Assembly: GCA_044222185.1 (NCBI GenBank)
Contig: JBGANV010000001.1
Location: forward strand, 544,001 to 608,000
DNA from: Planctomycetota bacterium
GTDB taxonomy: Bacteria; Planctomycetota; GCA-002687715; CAIWVZ01
Reading direction: 5' to 3'
Length of the DNA: 64,000 nucleotides
The position numbers were made by a program, and so were the translations under genes. Shown here piece after piece: positions 10,304 to 19,647 of this stretch. The notes beneath the pieces were generated by a model that was not told the origin of the DNA, ran no database searches, and saw only the letters and a program-made list of their open reading frames with translations. Position 1 is the first letter of the stretch; the number at the start of each line of letters is the position of its first letter.

Positions 10304-10443
10304 GTCGGAGCGCCGGGATGTTTGAAAAGGTTTTGAAACCTCCGCAAACGCGTTCAGCCGGGCGGGAATCGGGCGGCGCCCCCATGGACGGCGTCGGCCG
10401 GTGCGGGCGAGAGGAGGCGCCGCGGCGCCCGCACGGCCGGCGG

Positions 10444-11373
10444 TCACTGCAGGACGACGTCGACGCGGTTGGAGACCTCGGTCGGGATGTAGGCCGTGGT
10501 CGCCGTGATGGCCGCGAAGTGGAGCGCGAAGCCGGATAGCGATGGGATCAGCGGCACGTTCACCGTCGCCGTCGCCTGACCGTTCGAGTTCAGCGTTCCC
10601 AGGAAGTTGCTGAAGAGCGACGGCGTGTTGAGCGCCAGGTCGGTCAGGCCCGTGAACGGGTTGACCTCCAGCGTGAAGGGCCCGCCGAAGTTCACGGGCG
10701 TCGTCGACTCGGAAACGGCGATCAGGTAGAGCTGGCCGGCGTGGCCCGGTGCGGACAACGACACCGACCGGGTCGTGCCGACGGGCCACGTCGTCGCCGT
10801 CGTCGTGAGGGCCGCCTGGTAGAGCTTCTTCGTCGTCGTGAACGTGTAGTCGCCGGACGTGCCGCCGTTGTTGTTGCACTGGGCCGTCGAGGCATAGAAC
10901 GTCACCGGGCCCGCGGGCAGGGTGGCGGGTGCAATCCAGTTCATCGACCACGAGTTCTGGAGCGACCCCGCGGTCGTGTGCTCGTGATGGGCCGTACTGC
11001 CGCTCGCGTTCTTCGTCATGCCGGTCTGGGTCACGGTCCAGCTGCCCACGGCGGTGTTGGCCGAGTTGCGCGCCGTGATCTGGAAGCCGTGGCGCGTGGA
11101 ACTCGAACCCGAGAAGGCGACCGTGACCGGGTTGGGCACGCTCGGCGTGAACTGCTGCGAACCGAGTGTGATGCCGACCGTCGCGGTGCCCGAGTTCAGA
11201 GTGAAGCTGCCGTGACAGCCGTGACAGTTGGACTCCCCGGGTGCCCCCGTGTAGCCCGACGACGGACCGTTGACGTTCGCCGGCACCGGGAACGAGATCG
11301 CACCGACGAGGAGAGCGAGTGAGGAAACGAGGCCGAGAGCGAGCCACGTGCGCGAATTGCCCATGCGAGTCAT
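10444..11373 (-). CDS. Secreted Reeler / choice-of-anchor-V-like protein with CxxCH motif
   Basis: Signal peptide; GYTGAPGESNCHGCH; GFQITA; W.AP...GPVTFY; GGAGG RBS before ATG 11373. Confidence 0.8.
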   Translation of the reverse strand: MTRMGNSRTWLALGLVSSLALLVGAISFPVPANVNGPSSGYTGAPGESNCHGCHGSFTLNSGTATVGITLGSQQFTPSVPNPVTVAFSGSSSTRHGFQITARNSANTAVGSWTVTQTGMTKNASGSTAHHEHTTAGSLQNSWSMNWIAPATLPAGPVTFYASTAQCNNNGGTSGDYTFTTTKKLYQAALTTTATTWPVGTTRSVSLSAPGHAGQLYLIAVSESTTPVNFGGPFTLEVNPFTGLTDLALNTPSLFSNFLGTLNSNGQATATVNVPLIPSLSGFALHFAAITATTAYIPTEVSNRVDVVLQ

Positions 11374-11554
11374 ACACACCTCCGAGTTCAGCTGCGGGGC
11401 GTCAGCTGTTCGGACCATAGACCCGGCTTTCGACGGAAGTAGGTGTGTACGGAGTGACCCCCGCGCGGCCTGCTCCCTTCTGCGCACGAAGGTCTGCGAA
11501 TGGACCGGCGCGCGCGCGGAGGCACGATCATTCGTGCACCGGTCTTTGCAGGAA

Positions 11555-12511
11555 CTACCGTGTAACTGTGACCATCTCGCCACGCGCTGGGCGCGACTCG
11601 GGCGACGGTTGCAGATGCGCGCGCGCGAGCTCGTCGATCATGTAGAGGATGTCGACGTGGATCTGCGGAGTGTCCTCGTCGAACGCGTAGACGTGGAAGC
11701 GGCCCAGATGGGCGGCGGCGGAAATGGGCACACCGCGATGCGTCCACCCGGTGACGGGTTCGAGCTTCGCGCCAGCGGCAGCGAGAAGCAGGCGGGCGCA
11801 TTCACCCGTCGACGCATAGGGCGTGTGGATGTCCGAGTGCGCGACGACGAACGTCTTCTCCCCGCGGACCGCTGCCTGCGCGAACCGCATGAAGTCCTGC
11901 ATCTGCTTCACGGGTGGTACGCGGACGTCTGGACGAATCACGTCGGCGTAGATCGAGTCCGCCGCGATGAGCGCATCGATCCGGTCGAACACGCCGTCCT
12001 GCTTCAGGAACTCGCGGACCGCGCCGTAGCCGGCGGAGAAGAACGTGATGGTGATCCCACCGAAGCGAAGTGCCTCGATTCCACAGTGGGCACGCAGCGC
12101 CGCTTCCCCTGCATCGAGCAACGCCGTCAGCGCCCGCGGATCGGCGTAGGGGCGTGCGAAATCACCGGACCGACCCGAGAGCTTGGACGCGATCAGGACA
12201 CCCGGCCGCGCCATCCGGACGAAGTTCTCCTCGGCGATCGTCGTCCCACCCTGAAAATGCATGAACAGCGGGACGACCCCGTCCGCCGCCGGGCGGAAGC
12301 CGTCGGGGACGAACAGCTCGGCGTTCGGAAGGTCGAATCGGACTCCGTGCGCGAGTTTCTCGAGGCGCGCGAGCGACGGGATCTGCCGCTCCGGCGCATC
12401 CGAAACCGGTCGCGATGTCGGCGGAGCGTTCCGGTCGAGTGAACATCCGGCGAGGAAGGCGAGGCCGAACAGCGCGATGGAGAGGTTTCGAACTGCGACT
12501 CGTCGCCTCAC
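11555..12511 (-). CDS. Putative lipoprotein with alpha/beta-hydrolase-like fold
   Basis: Lipobox FLAGC; LFMHFQG, nucleophile-elbow-like TFFSAGYGAV, DSIY, terminal H; GTG overlaps the upstream stop (GTGA). Confidence 0.65.
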   Translation of the reverse strand: MRRRVAVRNLSIALFGLAFLAGCSLDRNAPPTSRPVSDAPERQIPSLARLEKLAHGVRFDLPNAELFVPDGFRPAADGVVPLFMHFQGGTTIAEENFVRMARPGVLIASKLSGRSGDFARPYADPRALTALLDAGEAALRAHCGIEALRFGGITITFFSAGYGAVREFLKQDGVFDRIDALIAADSIYADVIRPDVRVPPVKQMQDFMRFAQAAVRGEKTFVVAHSDIHTPYASTGECARLLLAAAGAKLEPVTGWTHRGVPISAAAHLGRFHVYAFDEDTPQIHVDILYMIDELARAHLQPSPESRPARGEMVTVTR

Positions 12512-14040
12512 GGTGCCCGCTCCACTTCGAACGACTTCAGGAGGACGGTGCCCGGCCGATCGACGAGGTCCAGTCGGAGCAGGATGAGTTCCGGTTCCGA
12601 TCCGAGCGGTGGTGCGACGACGGCAAGCCGATGGCGATGCATCCGTCCGTCGCCTGGAACGGGGAACCGGATGCTCCGTTCGTCCGAGAAGCCGGGGTAG
12701 GCGCTCGTCGCGAAGTAGATCTGTCCTTGCGCCACGTCGTCGGGACCCGAGGCACTGGTGAAAGCCATCTCGATCTCGACCGCGCTGACGCCGGTGGGGG
12801 GGAAGACGAGGAGAGGGCTCGTGAGCCACGGATCGGTGCCGGTCGAGAGCAGCTGGAGTCCATCGGTCGATTGCCCCTGCACCGTGAACTGGGCTCCCAC
12901 CTCCCATCGTGCTCGGGCGGAAGCATCTCCGAAGTCCCAACGGAGTTCGAGCGGCGGAACCACCGCCTCCAGTCGCCGTCGGATCGATAGCGCGGCATCC
13001 CTGCGTCGTTGATCGTTCGGCCACAGACGCTGGAGCTGGCGCTGGAGGTCGTCGGCGGTGGGGTTCGGGGCGAAGTCCAGGAAGAACGACGGGACGCCAT
13101 CCTCGAACGGGAAGGTCCGATCGCAGCCTTCGCACCGGAATGCCGTCCGCTGGCTCGCCAATGCGGATCGGCACGTGGGACATACGACCCCGTGGATCAT
13201 GCGATCGACCGGTAGTTCACGCGGGAGCGTCGGTCGAAGCGGCGCCTGCGGACGCAGGAGCGCGGCGATGATCTCGTCCTCCGGAAGCTTCACGCCGCGG
13301 CGTGCCGCGGCATCGATCACGAGCGTCACGGAGATCCCGACTCCGTCTTCGAGCGTGGGATCGTCCAATGAGGAGCGTATCCAGGCCGCAGCCCGCGCGT
13401 CGTCCACGTCCTCGGGAGGAGGCGCGCCCTTGAACTGGGCGGCGAGTTGGACCTGCGAGCCGAGAAGTGTCACGAAGTCGTCAGGGTGGAAGACGTTCCG
13501 TTCCGCGTGGGGGATGAGCGACGGCCGGTGGGCATCGACCAGAGTGCGGTCGAGCTTGCATTCGTCCGTCGTCACGATGAGGGCTCGCCGTGCGATCCGG
13601 CGGAGCTCGAGGAGGACCTCGCAGGGGAACTCCACGTGCTCGATCATCTCCGAGCACAACACGACGTCGAAGGCGCCATCCGCGAACGGCAGCCGAACGG
13701 AATCGCAGGCGACCCCATCGACGCCGAAGAGATCCCACGCGCGGCGGCACGCCGCCGCGGAGAGGTCCGCAGTCACGACCTTCGCTCCGAACAACGACTG
13801 GACGTGGTGCGAAGTGAGGCCTTCGCTGCCGCCGACGTCGAGGAACGTGTCGAACTCCAGGCGATTGAGCGTGCGGAGAGATTGGAATTGCCGGGCGCGG
13901 CGCCAGATGTCGCCGGGCTCGCTGTAGCCGGGATGCCGTCGACCATAGATCGGCTGGTGCGCGTAGTAGACCCCGTCAGCCGTGGTCTGCCGGTAGCGTC
14001 CTTCGAGCCAGCGGCGCGTGTTGCGTGTGTAGCTTCCCAT
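12508..14040 (-). CDS. Class I SAM methyltransferase fused to a Trm112-like zinc ribbon and a beta-sandwich domain
   Basis: FLDVGGSEG, LPFADGAFDVVLCSEMIEHV; CPTC...CEGC.RTFPFEDGVPSF; C-terminal GTDPWL...LRLD. Confidence 0.8.
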   Translation of the reverse strand: MGSYTRNTRRWLEGRYRQTTADGVYYAHQPIYGRRHPGYSEPGDIWRRARQFQSLRTLNRLEFDTFLDVGGSEGLTSHHVQSLFGAKVVTADLSAAACRRAWDLFGVDGVACDSVRLPFADGAFDVVLCSEMIEHVEFPCEVLLELRRIARRALIVTTDECKLDRTLVDAHRPSLIPHAERNVFHPDDFVTLLGSQVQLAAQFKGAPPPEDVDDARAAAWIRSSLDDPTLEDGVGISVTLVIDAAARRGVKLPEDEIIAALLRPQAPLRPTLPRELPVDRMIHGVVCPTCRSALASQRTAFRCEGCDRTFPFEDGVPSFFLDFAPNPTADDLQRQLQRLWPNDQRRRDAALSIRRRLEAVVPPLELRWDFGDASARARWEVGAQFTVQGQSTDGLQLLSTGTDPWLTSPLLVFPPTGVSAVEIEMAFTSASGPDDVAQGQIYFATSAYPGFSDERSIRFPVPGDGRMHRHRLAVVAPPLGSEPELILLRLDLVDRPGTVLLKSFEVERAP

Positions 14041-14156
14041 GGAGGTCGACGATCGCGAGGCCCGCTCCAGCCAGCCCGGCGTCAGGCTCGACGCCGCTCG
14101 CCCTCCGCTCGGCACCCGACGACCGGGTGCCCGAGGGTGGATGAGCGTGAAACGAA

Positions 14157-14193
14157 GGAACCCTCCGGAGGCGCGGGGCCTTCGGAGGGTTCC
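14157..14193 (-). terminator. Hairpin immediately 3' of tRNA-Gly(GCC)
   Basis: GGAACCCTCCGGAGGC-GCGGG-GCCTTCGGAGGGTTCC inverted repeat. Confidence 0.55.
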
Positions 14194-14195
14194 AG

Positions 14196-14267
14196 AGCGG
14201 GTGAAGGGACTTGAACCCTCGACATCCACCTTGGCAAGGTGGCGCTCTACCACTGAGCTACACCCGC
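14196..14267 (-). tRNA. tRNA-Gly (GCC)
   Basis: GCGGGTG acceptor, AGCTCAGTGGTAGAGC D-arm, CCACC-TT-GCC-AA-GGTGG anticodon arm, GGTTCAAGTCC T-arm; CCA not encoded. Confidence 0.97.
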
Positions 14268-14306
14268 GAGAGGGTGCCTTCAGCCTCGTGGGCGAAAAGC
14301 GGGCGG

Positions 14307-14335
14307 ATCATACTGGCGACCCCGGGCGTGGGCAA
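14307..14335 (-). promoter_or_regulatory. Sigma70-like promoter for tRNA-Gly(GCC)
   Basis: TTGCCC-N17-TATGAT on minus strand. Confidence 0.6.
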
Positions 14336-14412
14336 GATCCGCTCCCGTTGGTGTTCTGTTTCGACCCCAATAACATCGTCGGCTTTCGCGGGTCAGCGGT
14401 TGGGGGCCGCCT

Positions 14413-15591
14413 ATGTCAACAAGCCTTCGTACGTGGGCGGCCGGTGCCGCTCTGCTTCTGTGTCTTGCGAGTTGTGAATCGAGCGGGGGAGTCGACTCGC
14501 CCGAGCCAGGTACGGCCGAGGCGCAGCCTTGGAGCGGCGACCGCGGCGCCGCGTCCAGCGCGACGGAGGCCCGGGACCGCCTGATGCGCAAGGCGTCGCT
14601 GACGGCGCGCGAGCAACTCGAACTCGGCGAGGCGCACCTCGCGCTTGGCGACGGGTCGCCAGCCGAGACGGCATTCTTCAGCGCCATGTCGAAGGGTGGA
14701 CTTTCGCCGAACGAGACCTACCGCGTCCAGTTCGGTCTCGGGCAGGCGTCGGAGCTGCTCGGACAGTTCTACTCTGCGAAGTCGCACTACTCGGACGCGT
14801 GGAGGAGCGGGCAGACCGACTCGGAGCGTGATACCGCTCTGATCGAGCTGGCGCAGGTGGAAATGCGGATCGGCGATTCGAACGCGGCTCGCGAGCACAC
14901 CCGGGCGATCCGCGACCGCAGCCGACCGGAGGTCCAGGAACTCGACCACCTGCTGGGCACGTCCCATCCGACCGCGGCACGCTCGACTCCATCGGCGGCG
15001 CCTCCGGCTTCCGCGGGCGCCCGCCCGTCTGGTCGTGGGTTGACACCGCCGCCCCTGCATCCGCGCGCGGAATGGCGCGCTCGGCCTGTATCGACCCAGC
15101 GCGACACGGACCCCATGGGGCGCCCCACGCGGATCACGCTCCACCACACCGCCGATCTGAAGCCCGTGGGGAGTTCGCTCGCCGAGAACGCGGAGCGGAT
15201 TCGGGCGTATCAGACCGCGCACCAACAGACGGAGGGGTGGGCAGACATCGGATACCACTTCGTCGTGGATCGGCAGGGTCGGGTTTGGGAAGGGCGCTCG
15301 CTGACGTTGAAGGGCGCCCACGCCGGCAACAAAGCGGCGAACGAGCACAACATCGGGATCGCACTCACTGGCAACTTCGACGCGACGACGCCCACTCCGG
15401 CGCAGATGACGGCCGTGACGACGCTCGTGATGTGGCTGTGCAACGAGTACGGAATCCCCTCGGCGCAGATCTTCACACATCACCAGATGGAGCAGATGTA
15501 CCACATCAAGGGCACGACGCGGTGCCCGGGCAAGCGGTTCGACGCCTACCTCGAGCAGATCAAGCGGGCCGTCCAGCGCGGCGGGCGCTGA
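14413..15591 (+). CDS. Lipoprotein with TPR-like region and N-acetylmuramoyl-L-alanine amidase (Amidase_2/PGRP) domain
   Basis: Lipobox CLASC; ITLHHT, GWADIGYHF, EGR, GAHAG, IGIALTGNF, TRCPG (H/H/C zinc ligands). Confidence 0.9.
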   Translation: MSTSLRTWAAGAALLLCLASCESSGGVDSPEPGTAEAQPWSGDRGAASSATEARDRLMRKASLTAREQLELGEAHLALGDGSPAETAFFSAMSKGGLSPNETYRVQFGLGQASELLGQFYSAKSHYSDAWRSGQTDSERDTALIELAQVEMRIGDSNAAREHTRAIRDRSRPEVQELDHLLGTSHPTAARSTPSAAPPASAGARPSGRGLTPPPLHPRAEWRARPVSTQRDTDPMGRPTRITLHHTADLKPVGSSLAENAERIRAYQTAHQQTEGWADIGYHFVVDRQGRVWEGRSLTLKGAHAGNKAANEHNIGIALTGNFDATTPTPAQMTAVTTLVMWLCNEYGIPSAQIFTHHQMEQMYHIKGTTRCPGKRFDAYLEQIKRAVQRGGR

Positions 15592-15612
15592 GGTCGCCCG
15601 ACCCCTGCGCGA

Positions 15613-16080
15613 TCATCGGGCGTCGCGCAGTGGGACGAGGATCGTCTGACCTTCGCGCAGATCCTGCGGTCGGGTGAGCGTCGGATTCACATCCTGGATC
15701 TTCGTCCAGAGATCCTTGTCGCCCAGAAGGTCGCGGGCGATGCTCGCGAGCGTCTCGCCGCGACGGACGACGTGTCGGATCCGTCCCCGACTGTCCATCG
15801 TCCGAAGCTCCTCCGTCGGAATGACCCCGGTCTGCTTCTCGACGAGCTCCTTGACCCAGTCGAGCGAGCCGTCCTCGGCTCTCGGGCGCTGAACGACCGG
15901 CGACTTCGTGTCGTCGCCAATCGACAGGACGACGCGGTTCTCCGTGTTCTCGACTTCGTCCGCCTCGAAGTCGGGCATGGGCTCACGGGTCATCTTCGGC
16001 CCGAACTGGTCGAAGAGAAACGCTCCGACGACGAGCGCAGCCAGAACCAGCAGCAGGGTCCCGATCACGAGGTTCTGCAT
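15613..16080 (-). CDS. Membrane-anchored LysM domain protein
   Basis: N-terminal TM helix; HVVRRGETLASIA...N...LREGQTILVP. Confidence 0.85.
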   Translation of the reverse strand: MQNLVIGTLLLVLAALVVGAFLFDQFGPKMTREPMPDFEADEVENTENRVVLSIGDDTKSPVVQRPRAEDGSLDWVKELVEKQTGVIPTEELRTMDSRGRIRHVVRRGETLASIARDLLGDKDLWTKIQDVNPTLTRPQDLREGQTILVPLRDAR

Positions 16081-16257
16081 GGCCAGACTGTGGCGCCGGT
16101 CAGGCCATGCTGTCAAGAGGGGCGCGCGTGCCGCGACGTCGCGTAACCGGCACCGCAATGGGGTCGGCCTCGACGTTCACCGCTCACGGACCTGGAAACG
16201 AAGACAGGCGCCGACCCCTCGGGGGGACGGCGCCCGTCGGCGCGACGAATCGGATTC

Positions 16258-19140
16258 TCAGGCCGCTGCGGGCCGTGAGTTCGGGTTCGCGAGCGCCTCG
16301 CGGGCCGCGCGCTTGCGGGCCTCGCGGTCGTCGAGCCACGCCGCCACCGGGCACGCGATGAACATCGTCGAGTAGGTGCCGCAGATGACGCCGGCGAACA
16401 TGATGAACGCGAAGCCTTCGAGCGGGCTGTCGTGTCCCATGTTCACGAACAGGAGGACTCCGACGACCGTGAACACCGTCAGTGAGGTGAGGATCGTGCG
16501 CGAGAGCGTCTGACCCATGCTGATGTTCATGATCTCGCGGAACGTCCCCTTGGTGTGACCGAGGTTCTCACGGACTCGGTCGAAGATGACGATCGTGTCG
16601 TTGATCGAGAACCCGATGATCGTCAGGAACGCTGCGATCGACTGCAGGTTCAGCGGCACGTTCATGATCCCGGTCACGTGGAACAGGATGCCGAGGCCGA
16701 GCGGCACCATGACGTCGTGGATGAGTGCGACGACGCCCGCGATGCCGTACTTGACCTCTTTGAATCGGAACCACACGTACAAGATGATCGCGATCAGCGA
16801 GAACAGCACGGAGACGACCGCGCTCTCCTTCAGCTTGGCCACGATGTTCGGGCCGAGGAAGCTGACGTTCTCGAAGGGCACCTTGGAATCGAGCTTGCCC
16901 TGGAACGCCGTCCTGAGGTCCGCGATCGCCGACCCTGCGACGACGTCCTGCCGGCCGACTTCCACCGTGAAGTGCTTGGCCGAAGCGGTCCCCGTGACCT
17001 CGTCCGGCGCCGAGTCGACGGGAAGGATCACGGACCCGTTGAACGGCTTCGACTTCGCATCGTCGGCGTAGTTGTCGATCTTCTGCCGCGTCGTGACGAC
17101 ATCCTGGGGCGTCTTGAATTCGATCTCGACCTGCCATTCGCCGGGTCGGAGATCCGTGATGCTCGGCACCGTTCCGAAGTCGTCTGCGAAGAGCCGTTTC
17201 ATGTGCGATTCGGTGAACTGCTTCACGTCGTCGCGAGACACGGCCTCCTTCGAGCGCATCTTCAGGTCGAACTCGGTGGACGTCGTCGAGGTGGCGCCCG
17301 GCGCGTTCGTGCGGAGGATCACATCCGTCTCTTCGAACTTCTTGGTGCCGTCGGCCGCCTTCACACCGGCGATGGCCTTCTGCACCTCCTCCGTCGTCGT
17401 GGCCGACGCCAGACGGAGACGGGCGTTGGTACCGCCGGTGAAGTCGAGACCGTACTTCTTGTCGCCAGTCACGGCGAACATCACGACGGCGAGGATCACC
17501 AGCGCCGCGGATGCCACCTGCCAGGGCCGCGCCCGCTCGAGGAACGGATACACGACCGGCTTGATGACTTCGATGAAGTTCATCTTCTGGAACCAGCCGG
17601 CCTTCAAGCCCAGGCCGAACACGGCCTTCGTCACGGTGAGTGCCGTGAACATGGAGATCACGAGGCCCGCGAGGAGCGTGACGCCGAAGCCCTTGATCGG
17701 GCCCGACCCGAACTGGATCAGCAGCGCGGCGGAGATCGCCGTCGTCAAGTTCGAGTCGAAGATCGTGATGAAGGCGCGGTCGTACCCGGACTGGAGCGCG
17801 GCGATGACGGACTTGCCCTTCTGCGCCTCTTCGCGTGTACGCTCGAACACGAGGATGTTCGCGTCGACGGCCATGCCGATCGTGAGGATGATGCCGGCGA
17901 TGCCAGGGAGGCTGAGAGTCATGTCGAACATGACGACCGTGCCCAGGATCAGCACCAGGTTCAGGATCAGGGCGATGTCGGCGACGATCCCGTACGTGCG
18001 GTAGTACCAGATCATGAACAACACGGTCAGGCCGAAGCTCAGGAGCGTGGCGAGCACGCCGCTCTTGATCGCCGCCTCACCGAGCGCAGGGCCGATCTCT
18101 TCCTCGTGCGCGAGCCGTGGCTTCAGGCGGAGGCTTCCCGACTGCAAGCAGCTCACGAGCCAGTTCTGGTCCTCGACGGAGAAGCCCGCCGGGTTCGAGA
18201 TCTGCACGGAGTCGCGGAGCGCCTCGTTGATCGTCGGCATGCTCCACACCTCGTCGTTGAGGCACAGAGCCATCGGCTTGTTGACGTACGAGCCGGTGTA
18301 CTCGGCGAAGTCGTCCTGGACGTGCTTGTCGACGTCGAAGCTGACGGCACGGCGGCCGTAACGATCGGGGGTGCGGCGTGGATCGTTGATCTGCTTGCCG
18401 GTGAACCCTTCCTTCGTCCCGCCGAAGTAGCGCGGATCGCGATAGAGCCAGTGGCCACGGATCTTGTCGTGATCGGCCTGACGTCCCTCGAGCGACTTCT
18501 TCAGCTCGTCTCGTGCCGGGTCGTTGTCGGCCGGCCGGACCGGCATCCAGACGATCGGGAGGGTGCGGTTCTTCGGGCTGAGCGTGTCGATGAGCGTGTA
18601 GGGCTCGCCGTCGCGGTAGGTCTCACCGCGGAGGGTCTTGGCCTGCGTGTACGCTTCTTTCCGCTGGGCATCGGCGACCGTGCGATCCCAACGGAACTTC
18701 TCGAACGTGTCGGCCCGATCGCCCGGCACGTCGAACTCGTAACCGGCGCTGAAGTCGTCGATCCCGACGAGGAACTCCAGGTTGCCGAGCGCGAGCATCT
18801 GCTCCTTGATGGCTCCCAGTTCGGCGTCGCTCATCTTGGGCGCTTCGATGAGGATCTGGTTGTCGCCGACCTGGCGGATCGTGAGCTCACGGACGCCGAG
18901 GGTGTCGATGCGCTTCGAGATGGTCGCGATCGTGTCCTGCAGAGCCTTCGTGCGGTCTGCGGCGGCGATGCGCTCGAGGCTCGCGCGGCTGATCTCGTAC
19001 GTCATCGACCGTCCGCCTTGGAGGTCGATGCCGAGCTTCACGAACCGGCCCGTCTGAGCCTGGTTGCTGACGAACAGCCATCCTGTGAGCCCGAGGAGGG
19101 CAATGATCAGGATCCACTTAATGCCGAGATTCTCGGTCAC
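16258..19140 (-). CDS. secDF: Fused protein translocase subunit SecDF
   Basis: LGIDLQGG, GMAVDANILVFER, DSNLTT, GLDFTGG, GFSINDTIVIFDRVRE. Confidence 0.97.
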   Translation of the reverse strand: MTENLGIKWILIIALLGLTGWLFVSNQAQTGRFVKLGIDLQGGRSMTYEISRASLERIAAADRTKALQDTIATISKRIDTLGVRELTIRQVGDNQILIEAPKMSDAELGAIKEQMLALGNLEFLVGIDDFSAGYEFDVPGDRADTFEKFRWDRTVADAQRKEAYTQAKTLRGETYRDGEPYTLIDTLSPKNRTLPIVWMPVRPADNDPARDELKKSLEGRQADHDKIRGHWLYRDPRYFGGTKEGFTGKQINDPRRTPDRYGRRAVSFDVDKHVQDDFAEYTGSYVNKPMALCLNDEVWSMPTINEALRDSVQISNPAGFSVEDQNWLVSCLQSGSLRLKPRLAHEEEIGPALGEAAIKSGVLATLLSFGLTVLFMIWYYRTYGIVADIALILNLVLILGTVVMFDMTLSLPGIAGIILTIGMAVDANILVFERTREEAQKGKSVIAALQSGYDRAFITIFDSNLTTAISAALLIQFGSGPIKGFGVTLLAGLVISMFTALTVTKAVFGLGLKAGWFQKMNFIEVIKPVVYPFLERARPWQVASAALVILAVVMFAVTGDKKYGLDFTGGTNARLRLASATTTEEVQKAIAGVKAADGTKKFEETDVILRTNAPGATSTTSTEFDLKMRSKEAVSRDDVKQFTESHMKRLFADDFGTVPSITDLRPGEWQVEIEFKTPQDVVTTRQKIDNYADDAKSKPFNGSVILPVDSAPDEVTGTASAKHFTVEVGRQDVVAGSAIADLRTAFQGKLDSKVPFENVSFLGPNIVAKLKESAVVSVLFSLIAIILYVWFRFKEVKYGIAGVVALIHDVMVPLGLGILFHVTGIMNVPLNLQSIAAFLTIIGFSINDTIVIFDRVRENLGHTKGTFREIMNISMGQTLSRTILTSLTVFTVVGVLLFVNMGHDSPLEGFAFIMFAGVICGTYSTMFIACPVAAWLDDREARKRAAREALANPNSRPAAA

Positions 19141-19193
19141 CGAACTGCTCCTTCACGCAGAGCGCCGGCGCGGGATTCCGCGCCGGTCTCGCC

Positions 19194-19595
19194 TCACTTC
19201 TGGGTCGATCCTTGGGATGCGGCCGGTGCCGCCGTCCCGCCGGCTTCCCGGACGATTCGCTCCGTGAGGCGCGTCGCCTTGCCGGTGCGCTTTCGGAGGT
19301 AATTGAGCTTGGCGCGGCGGACCTTGCCTTTGCGCTTCACCTCGAGGCCCGCGATCTTCGGCGAGTTCACGGGGAACGTCCGCTCGACGCCCTCGTCCTG
19401 AACGATTCGGCGGACGGTGAACATCTCGTTCGAGCCGTTCCCCCGCTTCGCGATGACGGTGCCGTTGAAGGTCTGGACGCGCTCCTTGTCGCCTTCGCGA
19501 ATCGACACCATCACGTCGACGGTGTCGCCGATGTCGAATCGGGGGAGCGCCTGCTTCCTGAGGAAGCTCTTTTCGTAGTCGAGGTACCTTTCCAT
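19194..19595 (-). CDS. rplS: 50S ribosomal protein L19
   Basis: GDTV, EGDKERVQ.F.G, FTVRR, GVERTFP..SP, GKVRRAKL.YLR; follows trmD. Confidence 0.97.
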   Translation of the reverse strand: MERYLDYEKSFLRKQALPRFDIGDTVDVMVSIREGDKERVQTFNGTVIAKRGNGSNEMFTVRRIVQDEGVERTFPVNSPKIAGLEVKRKGKVRRAKLNYLRKRTGKATRLTERIVREAGGTAAPAASQGSTQK

Positions 19596-19647
19596 GGCTC
19601 TTTCTCGTGTTCGGGCACCGCGTGCCCTGGATCGGGGTCTGTCGTGG

